Of a stretch of 64,000 nt of DNA, positions 39,706 through 49,550 are shown one piece after another. Within the stretch, counting starts at the first letter, position 1. Each line of letters starts with the position of its first letter. The notes below the pieces were generated by a model, which saw only the letters and a list, made by a program, of their open reading frames with translations, was not told where the DNA came from and did not search any database. The DNA lies in assembly GCA_050010515.1 (NCBI GenBank), contig JBEKKX010000003.1, forward strand, positions 36,902 through 100,901, in the 5' to 3' direction. The DNA comes from Candidatus Bathyarchaeia archaeon. Lineage in GTDB: Archaea > Thermoproteota > Bathyarchaeia > Bathyarchaeales > Bathycorpusculaceae. Both the position numbers and the translations under genes were made by a program.

Positions 39706-39987
39706 ATGAGTTCAAGAAAGGAAGCGCGTAAAGTTCCTAACAGCCGCATTAAAATATTAACTAAAGACGCGAAGCAAATGGTTAATGGACCCTATTACTG
39801 CCCAAAATGCCGAAAGGAATTGTTGCAGATTTTGGCGAATGTAAACAAGAAAGAAGTTTACGCCGTTTGCAAATGTGGTCTTGAATGGCAATTGACGTAT
39901 GCTCCTGTTTTTCAACCTATAGATTACTATAATAAGTTTAGGGATTTGTGGAAAAAGCAAAGCTACGGCGTAATCAAGCAAAAATAG
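39706..39987 (+). CDS. Elf1-like zinc-ribbon protein
   Basis: Basic N-terminus, YCPKC...CKCGL, then PIDYYNKF.D. Confidence 0.65.
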   Translation: MSSRKEARKVPNSRIKILTKDAKQMVNGPYYCPKCRKELLQILANVNKKEVYAVCKCGLEWQLTYAPVFQPIDYYNKFRDLWKKQSYGVIKQK

Positions 39988-40120
39988 GCTTTTGTCACTA
40001 CTTACACCATTATTTTTGAGTTACTGTTCTGCCCAACTAGCCCTATCTGAGCAAAAACTTTACCAAAACAAATTAGCTATAAGGAGGAACCATCCGTAGA
40101 TAGAAAAAGGAGTCAAAACG

Positions 40121-40576
40121 TTGACTGAAGAAAAACTTGAATTCACTCGCTCGCTGCTTGTTTTAGGAAATCTGGGGCTTCTTGCATGGGTTTTTCTAGC
40201 GTTTTTTGGCATACTGTTTTACAATCAGATTTACGGTTGGGCATACCTGCTTTTAGAAGCCATTGCAATCTATCTTATTCTGCGCAGGCTCGGTTGCAGC
40301 AGCTGCTACAAATGCAAAACTTGCACAAGCGGCTTTGGAAGACTCGCAGGCGCATTCTTTGGAAAAGGATACGTCAAGAAAGAAAGCGTTGGAAACAGGC
40401 TGGGGCTAATAGCTTTTATTTATTTTCTTCTTTTTCCGCTTCCAGCAACAACTCTATTTTTTTCGCTTTCAGAGGCTTTCTCATACCTAAAATTGTTAGT
40501 GCTGGTTTGCCTTTTGGCAATAGCTGCCTACAGCTTAACTACTTGGTACAACCGTTCAACAGTTCACCAAAAATAA
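40121..40576 (+). CDS. Four-TM membrane protein with a CxxCxxCxxC loop
   Basis: Hydrophobic helices flank GCSSCYKCKTC. Confidence 0.75.
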   Translation: MTEEKLEFTRSLLVLGNLGLLAWVFLAFFGILFYNQIYGWAYLLLEAIAIYLILRRLGCSSCYKCKTCTSGFGRLAGAFFGKGYVKKESVGNRLGLIAFIYFLLFPLPATTLFFSLSEAFSYLKLLVLVCLLAIAAYSLTTWYNRSTVHQK

Positions 40577-40638
40577 TGATTTGGGAGAAGTTTTAAACGG
40601 TTGACTGTTACATTGTTATCGCCATTGAAGATGTATAA

Positions 40639-41769
40639 ATGAGCAGACCGATGCTTAACCGTAAACTAGTCAGACTATTAATTATCTTTACGTTAGCGTT
40701 TATTGTTTCTTCACCAATAATTCGTCCTTTTGGAGTTGTTACTGCTCAAAGCCCCGATAAAAGCCAGTATTACAACACAGAGTTTGCCTGGGATTATGGA
40801 GGATATCACTGGGATTGGAACCTGACCATTCCAGTGGCTCTTTATGATGCCTATATAGCAATTCCAGATTCAGTCCGAACACAAATTGGACTTGCAGACT
40901 TTGGCTATTTCACTACAACTCAGGATAATTACATGCAAACCCTTGCTGAAAAACTTAATAACACCGCAACGCAGCTTGGATACAGCTCATGCGATGAAGT
41001 AAACTTTGTTTTAGCTTTCGTACAGAGCATACCTTACAAGTTGGACAATGCCAGCACAAGTTATCAAGATTATCCAAGGTTCCCCGTTGAAACTTTAGTG
41101 GATGATGTTGGAGACTGCAAATCCCATTCTATACTTTTTGCGACATTAATGCTCATTATGGGTTACGGTACAGTTTTCATTAACCCTCCAGACCATTTAG
41201 CGGTTGGCGTACTGGGAAATAACCTTCAAGGCACCTGTTGGACCTACAATAACCAAACTTACTATTACTGCGAAACCACAGGAACCGGGTTTACAATTGG
41301 CGAGCTTCCCCAGCAATTCACAGGTCAAACCGCTTATATCTACCCGATAGATGAGAGCGAACAATATGTTCCAAATTTACAGGCAACTTCATCAACTGAG
41401 CCCAATCCAATTATTTCTTCTAATACGCCAACACCAACCTATCAACCTAACCCAGTAACTTCGCCTTCGCCCACTATCGCTGGACCGACAATCCAACCAG
41501 TTTTACCCATGTCACTCAACTTAATCTCTGACGAACCTATTTTATTAATACTAATTATCCTTGCAATAGTAATTTCGATAACTATTACCATTAAAACAGC
41601 AAAGAGATCCAAGCCAAAGTTACTCCTTAACCAAACACTTTCTCCAGAACCAAGCAGTCCCAATGTGGCAGACGCCAATTTAGAAAGCAACAAATTCTGC
41701 ATTCATTGTGGCTCAAGCAACAAATCGTTTGCTTTATACTGCGAGAAATGCGGTAAAAAAATAGCTTAA
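40639..41769 (+). CDS. Exported transglutaminase-like cysteine protease with TM anchor and C-terminal zinc ribbon
   Basis: FVQSIPY..P.ETL..GDC..H.AVG..ETT; P/T-rich linker; FCIHCG..YCEKCG. Confidence 0.8.
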   Translation: MSRPMLNRKLVRLLIIFTLAFIVSSPIIRPFGVVTAQSPDKSQYYNTEFAWDYGGYHWDWNLTIPVALYDAYIAIPDSVRTQIGLADFGYFTTTQDNYMQTLAEKLNNTATQLGYSSCDEVNFVLAFVQSIPYKLDNASTSYQDYPRFPVETLVDDVGDCKSHSILFATLMLIMGYGTVFINPPDHLAVGVLGNNLQGTCWTYNNQTYYYCETTGTGFTIGELPQQFTGQTAYIYPIDESEQYVPNLQATSSTEPNPIISSNTPTPTYQPNPVTSPSPTIAGPTIQPVLPMSLNLISDEPILLILIILAIVISITITIKTAKRSKPKLLLNQTLSPEPSSPNVADANLESNKFCIHCGSSNKSFALYCEKCGKKIA

Positions 41770-41779
41770 ACCGCAAATT

Positions 41780-42352
41780 CTACTTTTTAATTGCATTCCC
41801 AGCTGGTTCACGGCTCAACAATGAATTGAGGGGTTCCTCTGCAAACCTGTCTATCCCAGCCTGCGAATAAACGACAATCACAATTTCTAAAAGGATAATA
41901 ACTAAAAGGAAGATGGCGAGAGCCTTTGTTAGATTCACAAGAGCTTGCCCTACTTGGAAATCCACGCTGCCATTAACGGTTGCCAGCCAACTCCAGAAAC
42001 TGGGCTTCTGAGTAACCATAAATGCGTCTAAATCAAACGTTATCCACAGGCATAAACCAACCAACACAGCAGCTAAGGCGCAGCCGACTACTGTGAGGTT
42101 TTTCCAGTCTGAACTCAAGCGGGAAGAGCAGGTTACTTGTGTTCCAGAATCAACTGAAGCAAAATTGATGGCTATTGTTTTCTTGGCTGTTCTTGGCGAC
42201 ATCCCCCATAGTGACCCCTGCTTAACCAACATTTGCTTGGGCGGTTCTTCAGAGATTATCTTGCAGCCTTTCAATAAGAGAACAGCTTTTAAATCTGCAT
42301 ACGCTTTATCGATTCCTAAGCTGACAGTTCGTTTAAGCAACCATGGCACCAC
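41780..42352 (-). CDS. Hypothetical membrane protein
   Basis: Soluble N-terminal domain followed by two TM helices. Confidence 0.7.
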   Translation of the reverse strand: MVPWLLKRTVSLGIDKAYADLKAVLLLKGCKIISEEPPKQMLVKQGSLWGMSPRTAKKTIAINFASVDSGTQVTCSSRLSSDWKNLTVVGCALAAVLVGLCLWITFDLDAFMVTQKPSFWSWLATVNGSVDFQVGQALVNLTKALAIFLLVIILLEIVIVVYSQAGIDRFAEEPLNSLLSREPAGNAIKK

Positions 42353-42398
42353 TATGATTTGAGTATTTAGTTGCTATTTTGGACCTAAAAAGCTTCTT

Positions 42399-43019
42399 CT
42401 AATGCCGCGCCCTAGCCTTAAAACCTCTAATCTGTCTACGCGCCATGTTGCGCTGCCTTTCAAGATTCTTAATCCTAGCATAAAGCTTCGAAACCTTGGT
42501 CTTAGACGGCACCTTAGACCTTGGCAGATGAACAGGCACAGGAGTGAATGACTTAGTAATTTCAAGTTTGCGCCGTCCAGACTTCTTGAATGGAACATTA
42601 CGCACTTTCTTGAAGGTAACATAGCCTTCTTTGAGGTTTACTTCCTGAACTTCCCAGCCTGCATTCAGCCAAGCCTTAGCATGACTACTAGATGATGAGT
42701 TACTCCACCAAGCGTCATCTCTGAAAGCGCTTATTGGAAGGTTACTGCCAATTAAACCGTCTATTCTCGCAAAGGAAAGCTTTACCAACCCAGTGAAAGC
42801 AGCTCTAAACTTCAAATGGCTCTCAAGCCCATCATACTTAGATACTGACCGTGGCGAAACCACTCGCCTAGCACAATGCAAGCACAACATTGCATTTGGA
42901 TCGCCAGTGGCAACATCAGGCACCATGCAGTCACGGCAAAACAGTTTCTTGCAACGTTGACACTTACGCATGTAAGCTACTCGGAGAACTCTTCCGCAGA
43001 TTCCGCATTCATCCTTCAA
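42399..43019 (-). CDS. Zn-finger protein with a conserved KY..L..LSF..WWSN..AW..AGW domain and basic tail
   Basis: Four CxxC pairs in the N-terminal 50 aa; the central motif resembles DUF7662-type domains. Confidence 0.7.
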   Translation of the reverse strand: MKDECGICGRVLRVAYMRKCQRCKKLFCRDCMVPDVATGDPNAMLCLHCARRVVSPRSVSKYDGLESHLKFRAAFTGLVKLSFARIDGLIGSNLPISAFRDDAWWSNSSSSSHAKAWLNAGWEVQEVNLKEGYVTFKKVRNVPFKKSGRRKLEITKSFTPVPVHLPRSKVPSKTKVSKLYARIKNLERQRNMARRQIRGFKARARH

Positions 43020-43085
43020 CGATTGATCAACTTTTGCTAAGCGAACTGAAAAGTCGCTTAAAGTGCACTCCTCATTTTAGGCATA

Positions 43086-44624
43086 TTAATTTTCACTTAT
43101 TGCAAAACCGTTTTGACCCGAATTATTGCCTTTATGTGTTAACTGCCGTAGTGTACCCTTGATTTCTTCCCATATTAATCTAATCAGCTCTCTCGCTTGC
43201 GCATCAATAGTCAGCAACAAACCCACGTAAAGTGCAAAGCCCGCAACGGCTTTAGCTATTGTAAAAAGCAGTGTTGAGGGAGTGGGAAGCAGGAAAAGTA
43301 CAACTCCCATAAAGATGGAAGCGAGAACGTATTTGGCTATGCTTTTCCAAGCAACAGGTAACCTAATTGAACGACGCCAAAGCCAGTATAGTCCAATAAA
43401 GGTTGAAAGCTGGACGATAGTGAGTATTGCTATAACGTCAACTGCCGCTTGCGGTGTTCCAGCCACCCGCAGTTGCGTCAGAACGTAATACACCAAGGGT
43501 AAAGCAATTGCTGCCTGAATGTATCCAACACTGAAAACTGCGAAGATTTTGCTTCCGACAAGTTTGCGAAGTGAAATTTTTCCTTCCGCGTCGAACCCTT
43601 CTCTGCCCATAACGAGTGAAGAGTAAAACGAAGTTATCACACCCACTAATGTATTAATCGTTAATGCAATGAGAACTGGCCAAGCAACACTGTAAGATAC
43701 CTTTAACACGGCTAAGAACGAGGTAGACATAACCATCGTTATGGTGGATAATGGAATCGCCAACATTAACACTGTTCTTAACGATGTTCCCACTTGTTCG
43801 TCTGGGCAAGTTTTAGCCAGCAGTTTAGGATACATCGCGAACGCCAAAGAAGAAGAATAGCCCACTATGGTCGTAAAACTTAAAGCTGCTTGGTAGTAGG
43901 CTCTGTCTGTTGCTCCACCATAGATGAAAAGCAAGATAAGGGCGAACGAGACTAATTGCCCGCCAATAGCGTTATAGGCAATTGCTGTTGAACCCTTAAG
44001 CCATTCTTTTAGGTAGCTCCAGTTTATTTTTTGCTTAAATTCGTCGGCTAAAAGTCGCACATAATATAATATTTGAACTAAGAGGGAAATAACTAGGCTT
44101 AATATTGCACCAAGGAATATCTGCCTTAAACCAAGTATCAAAACTAAAGCAACACTCACTTTCACTACTTCCTCAATCAAAAAACCATACCCGATTGCCT
44201 GGGGTTTCATAGAGGTCAAAACGCTTTCAAAAATTGAAATCATATAAGTATTCAAAATATACAAGCCTGTAATGAAGTAAATTAGCAAGTAGACTTCTGT
44301 TCCAATTGCTCTTGAAATCAGAACAATTGCAGGAAGATAAATAACGACTGAAATGAGAGCTATTAACAATTGCGCTAAAACGCCAGTTTTAACAGTTCCC
44401 TCCTTACCTCTTGCCACAAACCGAGTTGCCCAGAAAGGTAACAGGCCACTGAAAAGCAAAAAGTACCCAGTGTAATCAAAAATGTTTGTCCAAATACCAA
44501 ATTGGCTTGTGGTCATGTTTCTGGTAAGCAAAAGCGTAAAAACAAGACCAGTAATTATGCCTATTACTTGAGACGTAAAAATAATAAATCCACTGTACTG
44601 AAGCCTTATTTGATTTTTGCTCAA
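43086..44624 (-). CDS. Polysaccharide flippase / MOP-superfamily transporter
   Basis: About 14 hydrophobic helices; LLTR..T.QFG.W and P.L..motifs. Confidence 0.8.
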   Translation of the reverse strand: MSKNQIRLQYSGFIIFTSQVIGIITGLVFTLLLTRNMTTSQFGIWTNIFDYTGYFLLFSGLLPFWATRFVARGKEGTVKTGVLAQLLIALISVVIYLPAIVLISRAIGTEVYLLIYFITGLYILNTYMISIFESVLTSMKPQAIGYGFLIEEVVKVSVALVLILGLRQIFLGAILSLVISLLVQILYYVRLLADEFKQKINWSYLKEWLKGSTAIAYNAIGGQLVSFALILLFIYGGATDRAYYQAALSFTTIVGYSSSLAFAMYPKLLAKTCPDEQVGTSLRTVLMLAIPLSTITMVMSTSFLAVLKVSYSVAWPVLIALTINTLVGVITSFYSSLVMGREGFDAEGKISLRKLVGSKIFAVFSVGYIQAAIALPLVYYVLTQLRVAGTPQAAVDVIAILTIVQLSTFIGLYWLWRRSIRLPVAWKSIAKYVLASIFMGVVLFLLPTPSTLLFTIAKAVAGFALYVGLLLTIDAQARELIRLIWEEIKGTLRQLTHKGNNSGQNGFAISEN

Positions 44625-44757
44625 GTGATGCTTTCCTGCTTTTATCGATTTAAGGTATAGTGCATTATTAAACTTCTAGATATACGATTTCCCAAATCAA
44701 CCTAAAAAAAGCAAGATTTTACAAAAAAAAGAACTGAAAAAAGACGGACGGCTAAAT

Positions 44758-46236
44758 CTACCCTTTTACTACTGCGAGTGGAACAAGCCTTGCAACTTTA
44801 GTGGCAATTCCAACCTTGTCGCTGACGTCGGCAACCACATCCACATTCTTATACGCAGCGTCGGCTTCCTCAGCCAAAACAGAAATGCTTGCGGCACGAA
44901 CAACAATGCCCCGCTTCTCCAAAGCCGCTTTTACGTCTCCACCCCAATACTGCCGTTTTGCTGCTGATCGGCTCATCATCCTGCCCGCGCCATGGGCTGT
45001 TGAACCAAAAGTTAAATCCATAGCTTTCTTTGAACCCACCAGAACCCATGAGCTTGTGCCCATGCTGCCTGGAATAAGCACCGGTTGCCCTTCACTGCGG
45101 AAATCAGCTGGAACATCAGGGTGCCCTGCTGGAAAAGCGCGTGTTGCTCCTTTGCGGTGAACCCAAACTTTCTTTTCTCCGCCATCAATCTTGTGTGTTT
45201 CTATCTTGGCAATGTTGTGTGCTACATCGTAAACGAGTTTTAAACCAAATTTTTCAGGCGGCTCATGGAAAACTTGCTGAAAACTTTGCCTGACCCAATG
45301 CATGATTGCATGTCTATTAGAAAAAGCATAGTTGACAGCGCAAGCCATGGCTTGGAAGTAATCACCTGCTTCATTGCTGCTTCCAGGTGCACATGCTAAT
45401 TCGCGGTCAGGTAACGTTATCCTATACTTTTGCACTGCATGCTCCATAACTCTCAGATAATCGGAGCAGACTTGGTGACCATAGCCTCTTGAACCGCAAT
45501 GAATCATGACTGTAACTTGTCCTTCTTGCGTAATTCCAAAAGCCTTAGCTGTCTTAGGATTATAGATTTTATCTACCTTTTGTATTTCTAAGAAGTGGTT
45601 TCCCGAACCCAAGGTGCCAATCTGGGTTAATCCTCTGCTCTTAGCGGTCGATGAGACCTTATCTGGGTCTGCATTAGCCATGCAACCGCTTTCTTCACAG
45701 TGCTCTGCGTCCTCAGACCAACCAAACCCGCGTTTAATAAGCCACGGCACCCCCTCAACTACTAAACGGTCTAAGTCAGCAGCGGAAACGGTTAAGTCTT
45801 TTCGTCGGCTTCCAAGCCCAGAGGGGACATTACGGAAAATGGTTTCAGTTAATGGTGCAAGTTTGGGTCGGATCTCTTTTTCTGTAAGCGTTGTTGCTAA
45901 GAGGCGGACACCACAATTGATATCATAGCCTACGCCGCCAGGGCTGATGACGCCTTCATCATAGTCGGTTGCGGCAACGCCGCCTATTGGAAAACCGTAA
46001 CCTTCATGCCCATCGGGCAATGTTATTGCATACTTATAAATTCCAGGCAATTGTGTTACGTTTGTGCACTGCCAAAGAGTGCGATCAGTCTTCATCTTCT
46101 CTAAGAGAGCTTCGTTTGCAAAAACCATGCCTGGAACTCTCATGGCTGACTTGTATTTTGGGATACGCCAAGCGTATTCGTTTATTTTCTCAAGGGGAAT
46201 TTCTTCTGGCGCCTTTCTGCTTTCACTTTCGCCCAA
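44758..46236 (-). CDS. rtcB: RNA-splicing ligase RtcB
   Basis: PDGHEGYGFPIGG, DINCG, GNHF, HN, HRKGAT and HGAGR motifs; no intein. Confidence 0.97.
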   Translation of the reverse strand: MGESESRKAPEEIPLEKINEYAWRIPKYKSAMRVPGMVFANEALLEKMKTDRTLWQCTNVTQLPGIYKYAITLPDGHEGYGFPIGGVAATDYDEGVISPGGVGYDINCGVRLLATTLTEKEIRPKLAPLTETIFRNVPSGLGSRRKDLTVSAADLDRLVVEGVPWLIKRGFGWSEDAEHCEESGCMANADPDKVSSTAKSRGLTQIGTLGSGNHFLEIQKVDKIYNPKTAKAFGITQEGQVTVMIHCGSRGYGHQVCSDYLRVMEHAVQKYRITLPDRELACAPGSSNEAGDYFQAMACAVNYAFSNRHAIMHWVRQSFQQVFHEPPEKFGLKLVYDVAHNIAKIETHKIDGGEKKVWVHRKGATRAFPAGHPDVPADFRSEGQPVLIPGSMGTSSWVLVGSKKAMDLTFGSTAHGAGRMMSRSAAKRQYWGGDVKAALEKRGIVVRAASISVLAEEADAAYKNVDVVADVSDKVGIATKVARLVPLAVVKG

Positions 46237-46280
46237 AACTTTTCACCTTAAAAACAAAGTGGAATGATACTATAAAACGT

Positions 46281-47201
46281 TTATGAACCCTCATTAGTCT
46301 GAATTTGTTTGGCATAGTCGATAAAGCCTTGAACGCTGTTTCCAAGAGCGGTCTTAGAGTAAATTCGATGCGATTTTAAGTAATCCGCCAGTTGATGCAT
46401 AACCTTGTCCTCAGCAACTATTCTATCACGTATCTCCTCTAAACTTTGGTTTTTCCTGACGCCTTCTTCCGCGATTTTTGCCCATAATTGAAGCTGCACC
46501 TTGTAATCTTTCAGGCATTGAACTCCATTTGAGACTTTTCCGAAATGACTATAATACAAAACTGTCGGCTTAAGGCTGATTAATTTATCTAAGGAAGCTA
46601 ATGCCGCGTCAAGATGGAAGGGAGGCGGCGTAGTGGGCATTACCACGTCGAACTCTGGGAAATACGTGCCAGCAGCATCCCCAGGGAAAACTCCGCCGTT
46701 TAACGATTCGAGAAAGCTAAGGTTGTGTGAGGCGTGGCCGAGCGTTTCAATAACCGTCAGTTTTGCGCCATCATCTAAGTCAAAGGAGCCCTCAGTGACA
46801 GGAATTATTCGTTCTTTTGGAACAGGTTCAGGCTTACCGAAAATTTCGCTTACATACCCAAGAACCGCTTGAGCAGATGACCAAAGCTGTTCAGGATTAA
46901 TCAGATGCGGCATTCCCCTCGGGTGAACGAGGACTTTTGCGTTAGGCAGAAACTTTAGCAATGTGCCGGCGCCGCCACCGTGATCTAAATGAACATGCGT
47001 AATTGCAACGTATTCAACATCTTCAAATCTGATGTTGCGTTCTTTTAAGCCAGAAACAAGATTGGGTACTGAAGAAGTTGGACCCGACTCCACAAGGATA
47101 GTTTTAGTGCATTTTATTATGTAGCTGCAAATGAGGTTTTTGAATCCTCCAGTTTCTAACTCGATTAGAAACAGGTTTTTCCCGATTTCTTTTGTGTGCA
47201 A
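46281..47201 (-). CDS. MBL-fold metallohydrolase
   Basis: THVHLDHGGG, GHA, GD and H motifs. Confidence 0.9.
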   Translation of the reverse strand: MHTKEIGKNLFLIELETGGFKNLICSYIIKCTKTILVESGPTSSVPNLVSGLKERNIRFEDVEYVAITHVHLDHGGGAGTLLKFLPNAKVLVHPRGMPHLINPEQLWSSAQAVLGYVSEIFGKPEPVPKERIIPVTEGSFDLDDGAKLTVIETLGHASHNLSFLESLNGGVFPGDAAGTYFPEFDVVMPTTPPPFHLDAALASLDKLISLKPTVLYYSHFGKVSNGVQCLKDYKVQLQLWAKIAEEGVRKNQSLEEIRDRIVAEDKVMHQLADYLKSHRIYSKTALGNSVQGFIDYAKQIQTNEGS

Positions 47202-47394
47202 AGCTTCACCTTTGGTTAGGTTTGATAAGTGCTGTTATGCCATAAACGTTTCCTTGAAATTAAAGTGCACCACATAAAATTAAATCCCCATACCCTGACA
47301 ACAAAGGAATTTTATGATAAGAACTCCGTTGATAAGCAGGAGATAACCATTCTTATCAAAAAAGTTAAAGTGGACTGATGGACAATACCAAAGC

Positions 47395-48270
47395 ATGGAA
47401 GAAGTAGACTGGTCATCTCTGCATAAGATTCTCAGCGATACCACAAGAAGAAGCATACTGGAGTTATTGGCAGAGAAAGAAGCGCTTAGCTATACCGAAA
47501 TCATGGCTCTCTTGCACGTGACAAACACAGGAAGACTTAACTACCATCTGAAGGCACTGGGCACCCTAATATCTAAGGATGACCAAGGAAAATACCACCT
47601 TACCGAAAGAGGAAAACTTTCCGTCAACTTACTCCAAACCTTCCCCGAGAGAGCAACAGTGGATAGAAAGAAGCATCTATCAGGATTAAAAATTGCAGCA
47701 GCCGTAGTTCTGTTACTCGTAGGAATTCTTTTAATCAGCTCTGCCGCGGGTCTTTTCCTCTTTTCCTTGCAGTCTCCGACAACCGCCAACACGATCAGGA
47801 GCGGCGGTGTTTTAAATCAGCTTATACCCCAAAACACGACTGTCTCTCTCTTATCGTGGGATGTTCAAACTAACGCCTCACAGTTAAACATTAGTTGGAG
47901 CGCCTCAAGCCCCGTGTTCATTTATGTCATGAATACAACGCAACACGACTCGCTGCTGCTTCAACATACTATAAACGGTCAGGCACTAGCAGCTCTGGAG
48001 AATTTCACTGGGATTCCATCATCGTGGGTAAGTCAATATGACCTCCAGACTGGAAGCGTCTCCCTGAGCCTGCCCCAAGGTCAATATTACTTCCTCGCAA
48101 GTTCGAGTACGGAGGCAATCTTGAATTCGTTCACGCTGACGCAGCAACAGGCAACTGGTGGTTCTGCTCCATCACCCTTAGAGTACCTGCTGGTACTGTT
48201 CCCCCTTGCACTTGGAACCTTTATGATCGTCCTTGCGCTTTTAATCCTCACACGGCGTGTATGGCGTTAG
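47395..48270 (+). CDS. ArsR-like wHTH membrane-anchored regulator with an extracellular domain
   Basis: LSDTTRRSILELL..GRLNYHL..Y.LTERG, a TM helix, an S/T/Q-rich domain and a second TM helix. Confidence 0.8.
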   Translation: MEEVDWSSLHKILSDTTRRSILELLAEKEALSYTEIMALLHVTNTGRLNYHLKALGTLISKDDQGKYHLTERGKLSVNLLQTFPERATVDRKKHLSGLKIAAAVVLLLVGILLISSAAGLFLFSLQSPTTANTIRSGGVLNQLIPQNTTVSLLSWDVQTNASQLNISWSASSPVFIYVMNTTQHDSLLLQHTINGQALAALENFTGIPSSWVSQYDLQTGSVSLSLPQGQYYFLASSSTEAILNSFTLTQQQATGGSAPSPLEYLLVLFPLALGTFMIVLALLILTRRVWR

Positions 48271-48372
48271 CCTGGTTGAAGGACAGCAGTAAGGCAGGAT
48301 AGTAATTTGGGGCATAAAATTTAATTATCCATTACTGTTCTATGGAAGAGGCTGACAGGTGACAAAAGTAAA

Positions 48373-49026
48373 TTGAAAGCAATTATCTTCGGAGCACCAG
48401 GCTCTGGAAAAGGCACCTACGCTTCAAGGCTTCAAGCAAAACTTGGCGTTGAAGTCATCGCAATGGGAGACATTTTCCGTGAGTTAATGAAGGAAGACTC
48501 GGAATTAGGCAGGAAAGTTAAGGTTTATGTGGAAAAGGGGCTTCTTGTCCCAGACGAAGTTGTTGTAGAAGTATTAAAGCAACGCTTAAGCAAAATTCCG
48601 AAAGGAAAAGGCTTTATTTTGGATGGTTACCCACGAACGCTTGAACAAGCCAAAATCTTAGAGTCTATTACTAAAATTGACGTCATACTGTTGCTGAATG
48701 TTCCTGACTGGATTATTATTGAACGACTATCTTCACGCCGAATATGCCGTGACTGCGGAACCGTTTACAATATTCGATTCTTAAAACCAAAAGTTGAAGG
48801 CATCTGTGACAAATGCACAGGGCCCTTATACCAACGGTCAGATGACAACCCTGAAGTTATAAAGAAACGACTGCAGGTCTACCAGGAACAGACAAGGCCG
48901 CTCTTAGAGTACTTCAAGGAGAAAAAAGTGCCATTCGCCACTTCAAGCACCACAAGCCTTGACCAACCGCCAGAACCAATAGTTGACAAGATAGTGGCAG
49001 AAATAAAGAAACTAAAGCTAGCCTAA
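48373..49026 (+). CDS. adk: Adenylate kinase, bacterial type with Zn-lid
   Basis: GAPGSGKGT, LDGYPR, CRDC..CDKC and QRSDD motifs. Confidence 0.95.
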   Translation: MKAIIFGAPGSGKGTYASRLQAKLGVEVIAMGDIFRELMKEDSELGRKVKVYVEKGLLVPDEVVVEVLKQRLSKIPKGKGFILDGYPRTLEQAKILESITKIDVILLLNVPDWIIIERLSSRRICRDCGTVYNIRFLKPKVEGICDKCTGPLYQRSDDNPEVIKKRLQVYQEQTRPLLEYFKEKKVPFATSSTTSLDQPPEPIVDKIVAEIKKLKLA

Positions 49027-49472
49027 ATATCCAAAATGAACTCTAACACCACTTGGTCTCTTTCCCTTATTATTACCATTCTATGGTAAGTTACTGCCTT
49101 AACACCGACCCTCTGCGGATGCTTATGGGGGTCAAATTTTTCGCCCCAAATTTTCGCTTTGAATTTGAAGTTTTCATCTGTTTCTTCCCAGTTTGTTATC
49201 TGGAATTTTGAGTAAAGCATATTTTCCGTTTCAAATTTTACAAGCAACGCTTCAAGCCAATTATAAAGCAGCGCGTATTGGTCTTCAGCTTCAACATCTA
49301 ATGTGTCCTCTTGCATCTGGGTGATTTTATCAGTGTCTGTCATAACTTCAAACATTGCAAGCGCGGAGTTTTCGTAGGCTTCCTCCATTGTTTTGCCATG
49401 CGCTCGAATGTAAACGTCAGCGGTATGTTCTAAAAACTCGAATTTTCCAGCAAATTTCTCCACCGTACTCAT
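49023..49472 (-). CDS. Archease
   Basis: LEHTAD, VKAVTYH and LDI C-terminus. Confidence 0.95.
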   Translation of the reverse strand: MSTVEKFAGKFEFLEHTADVYIRAHGKTMEEAYENSALAMFEVMTDTDKITQMQEDTLDVEAEDQYALLYNWLEALLVKFETENMLYSKFQITNWEETDENFKFKAKIWGEKFDPHKHPQRVGVKAVTYHRMVIIRERDQVVLEFILDI

Positions 49473-49550
49473 AAGTTAAGCCACAATAGGATAAGAAGAA
49501 TGTTTGTTTAAAAATGCTTTCGCTCATGAAGCATACCGCAAGAAGAAAGT

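Noticed and set aside
44758-49472. rtcB and archease as a novel RNA repair system
   Set aside because: This is the standard archaeal tRNA-splicing ligase and its cofactor, and no intein is present.
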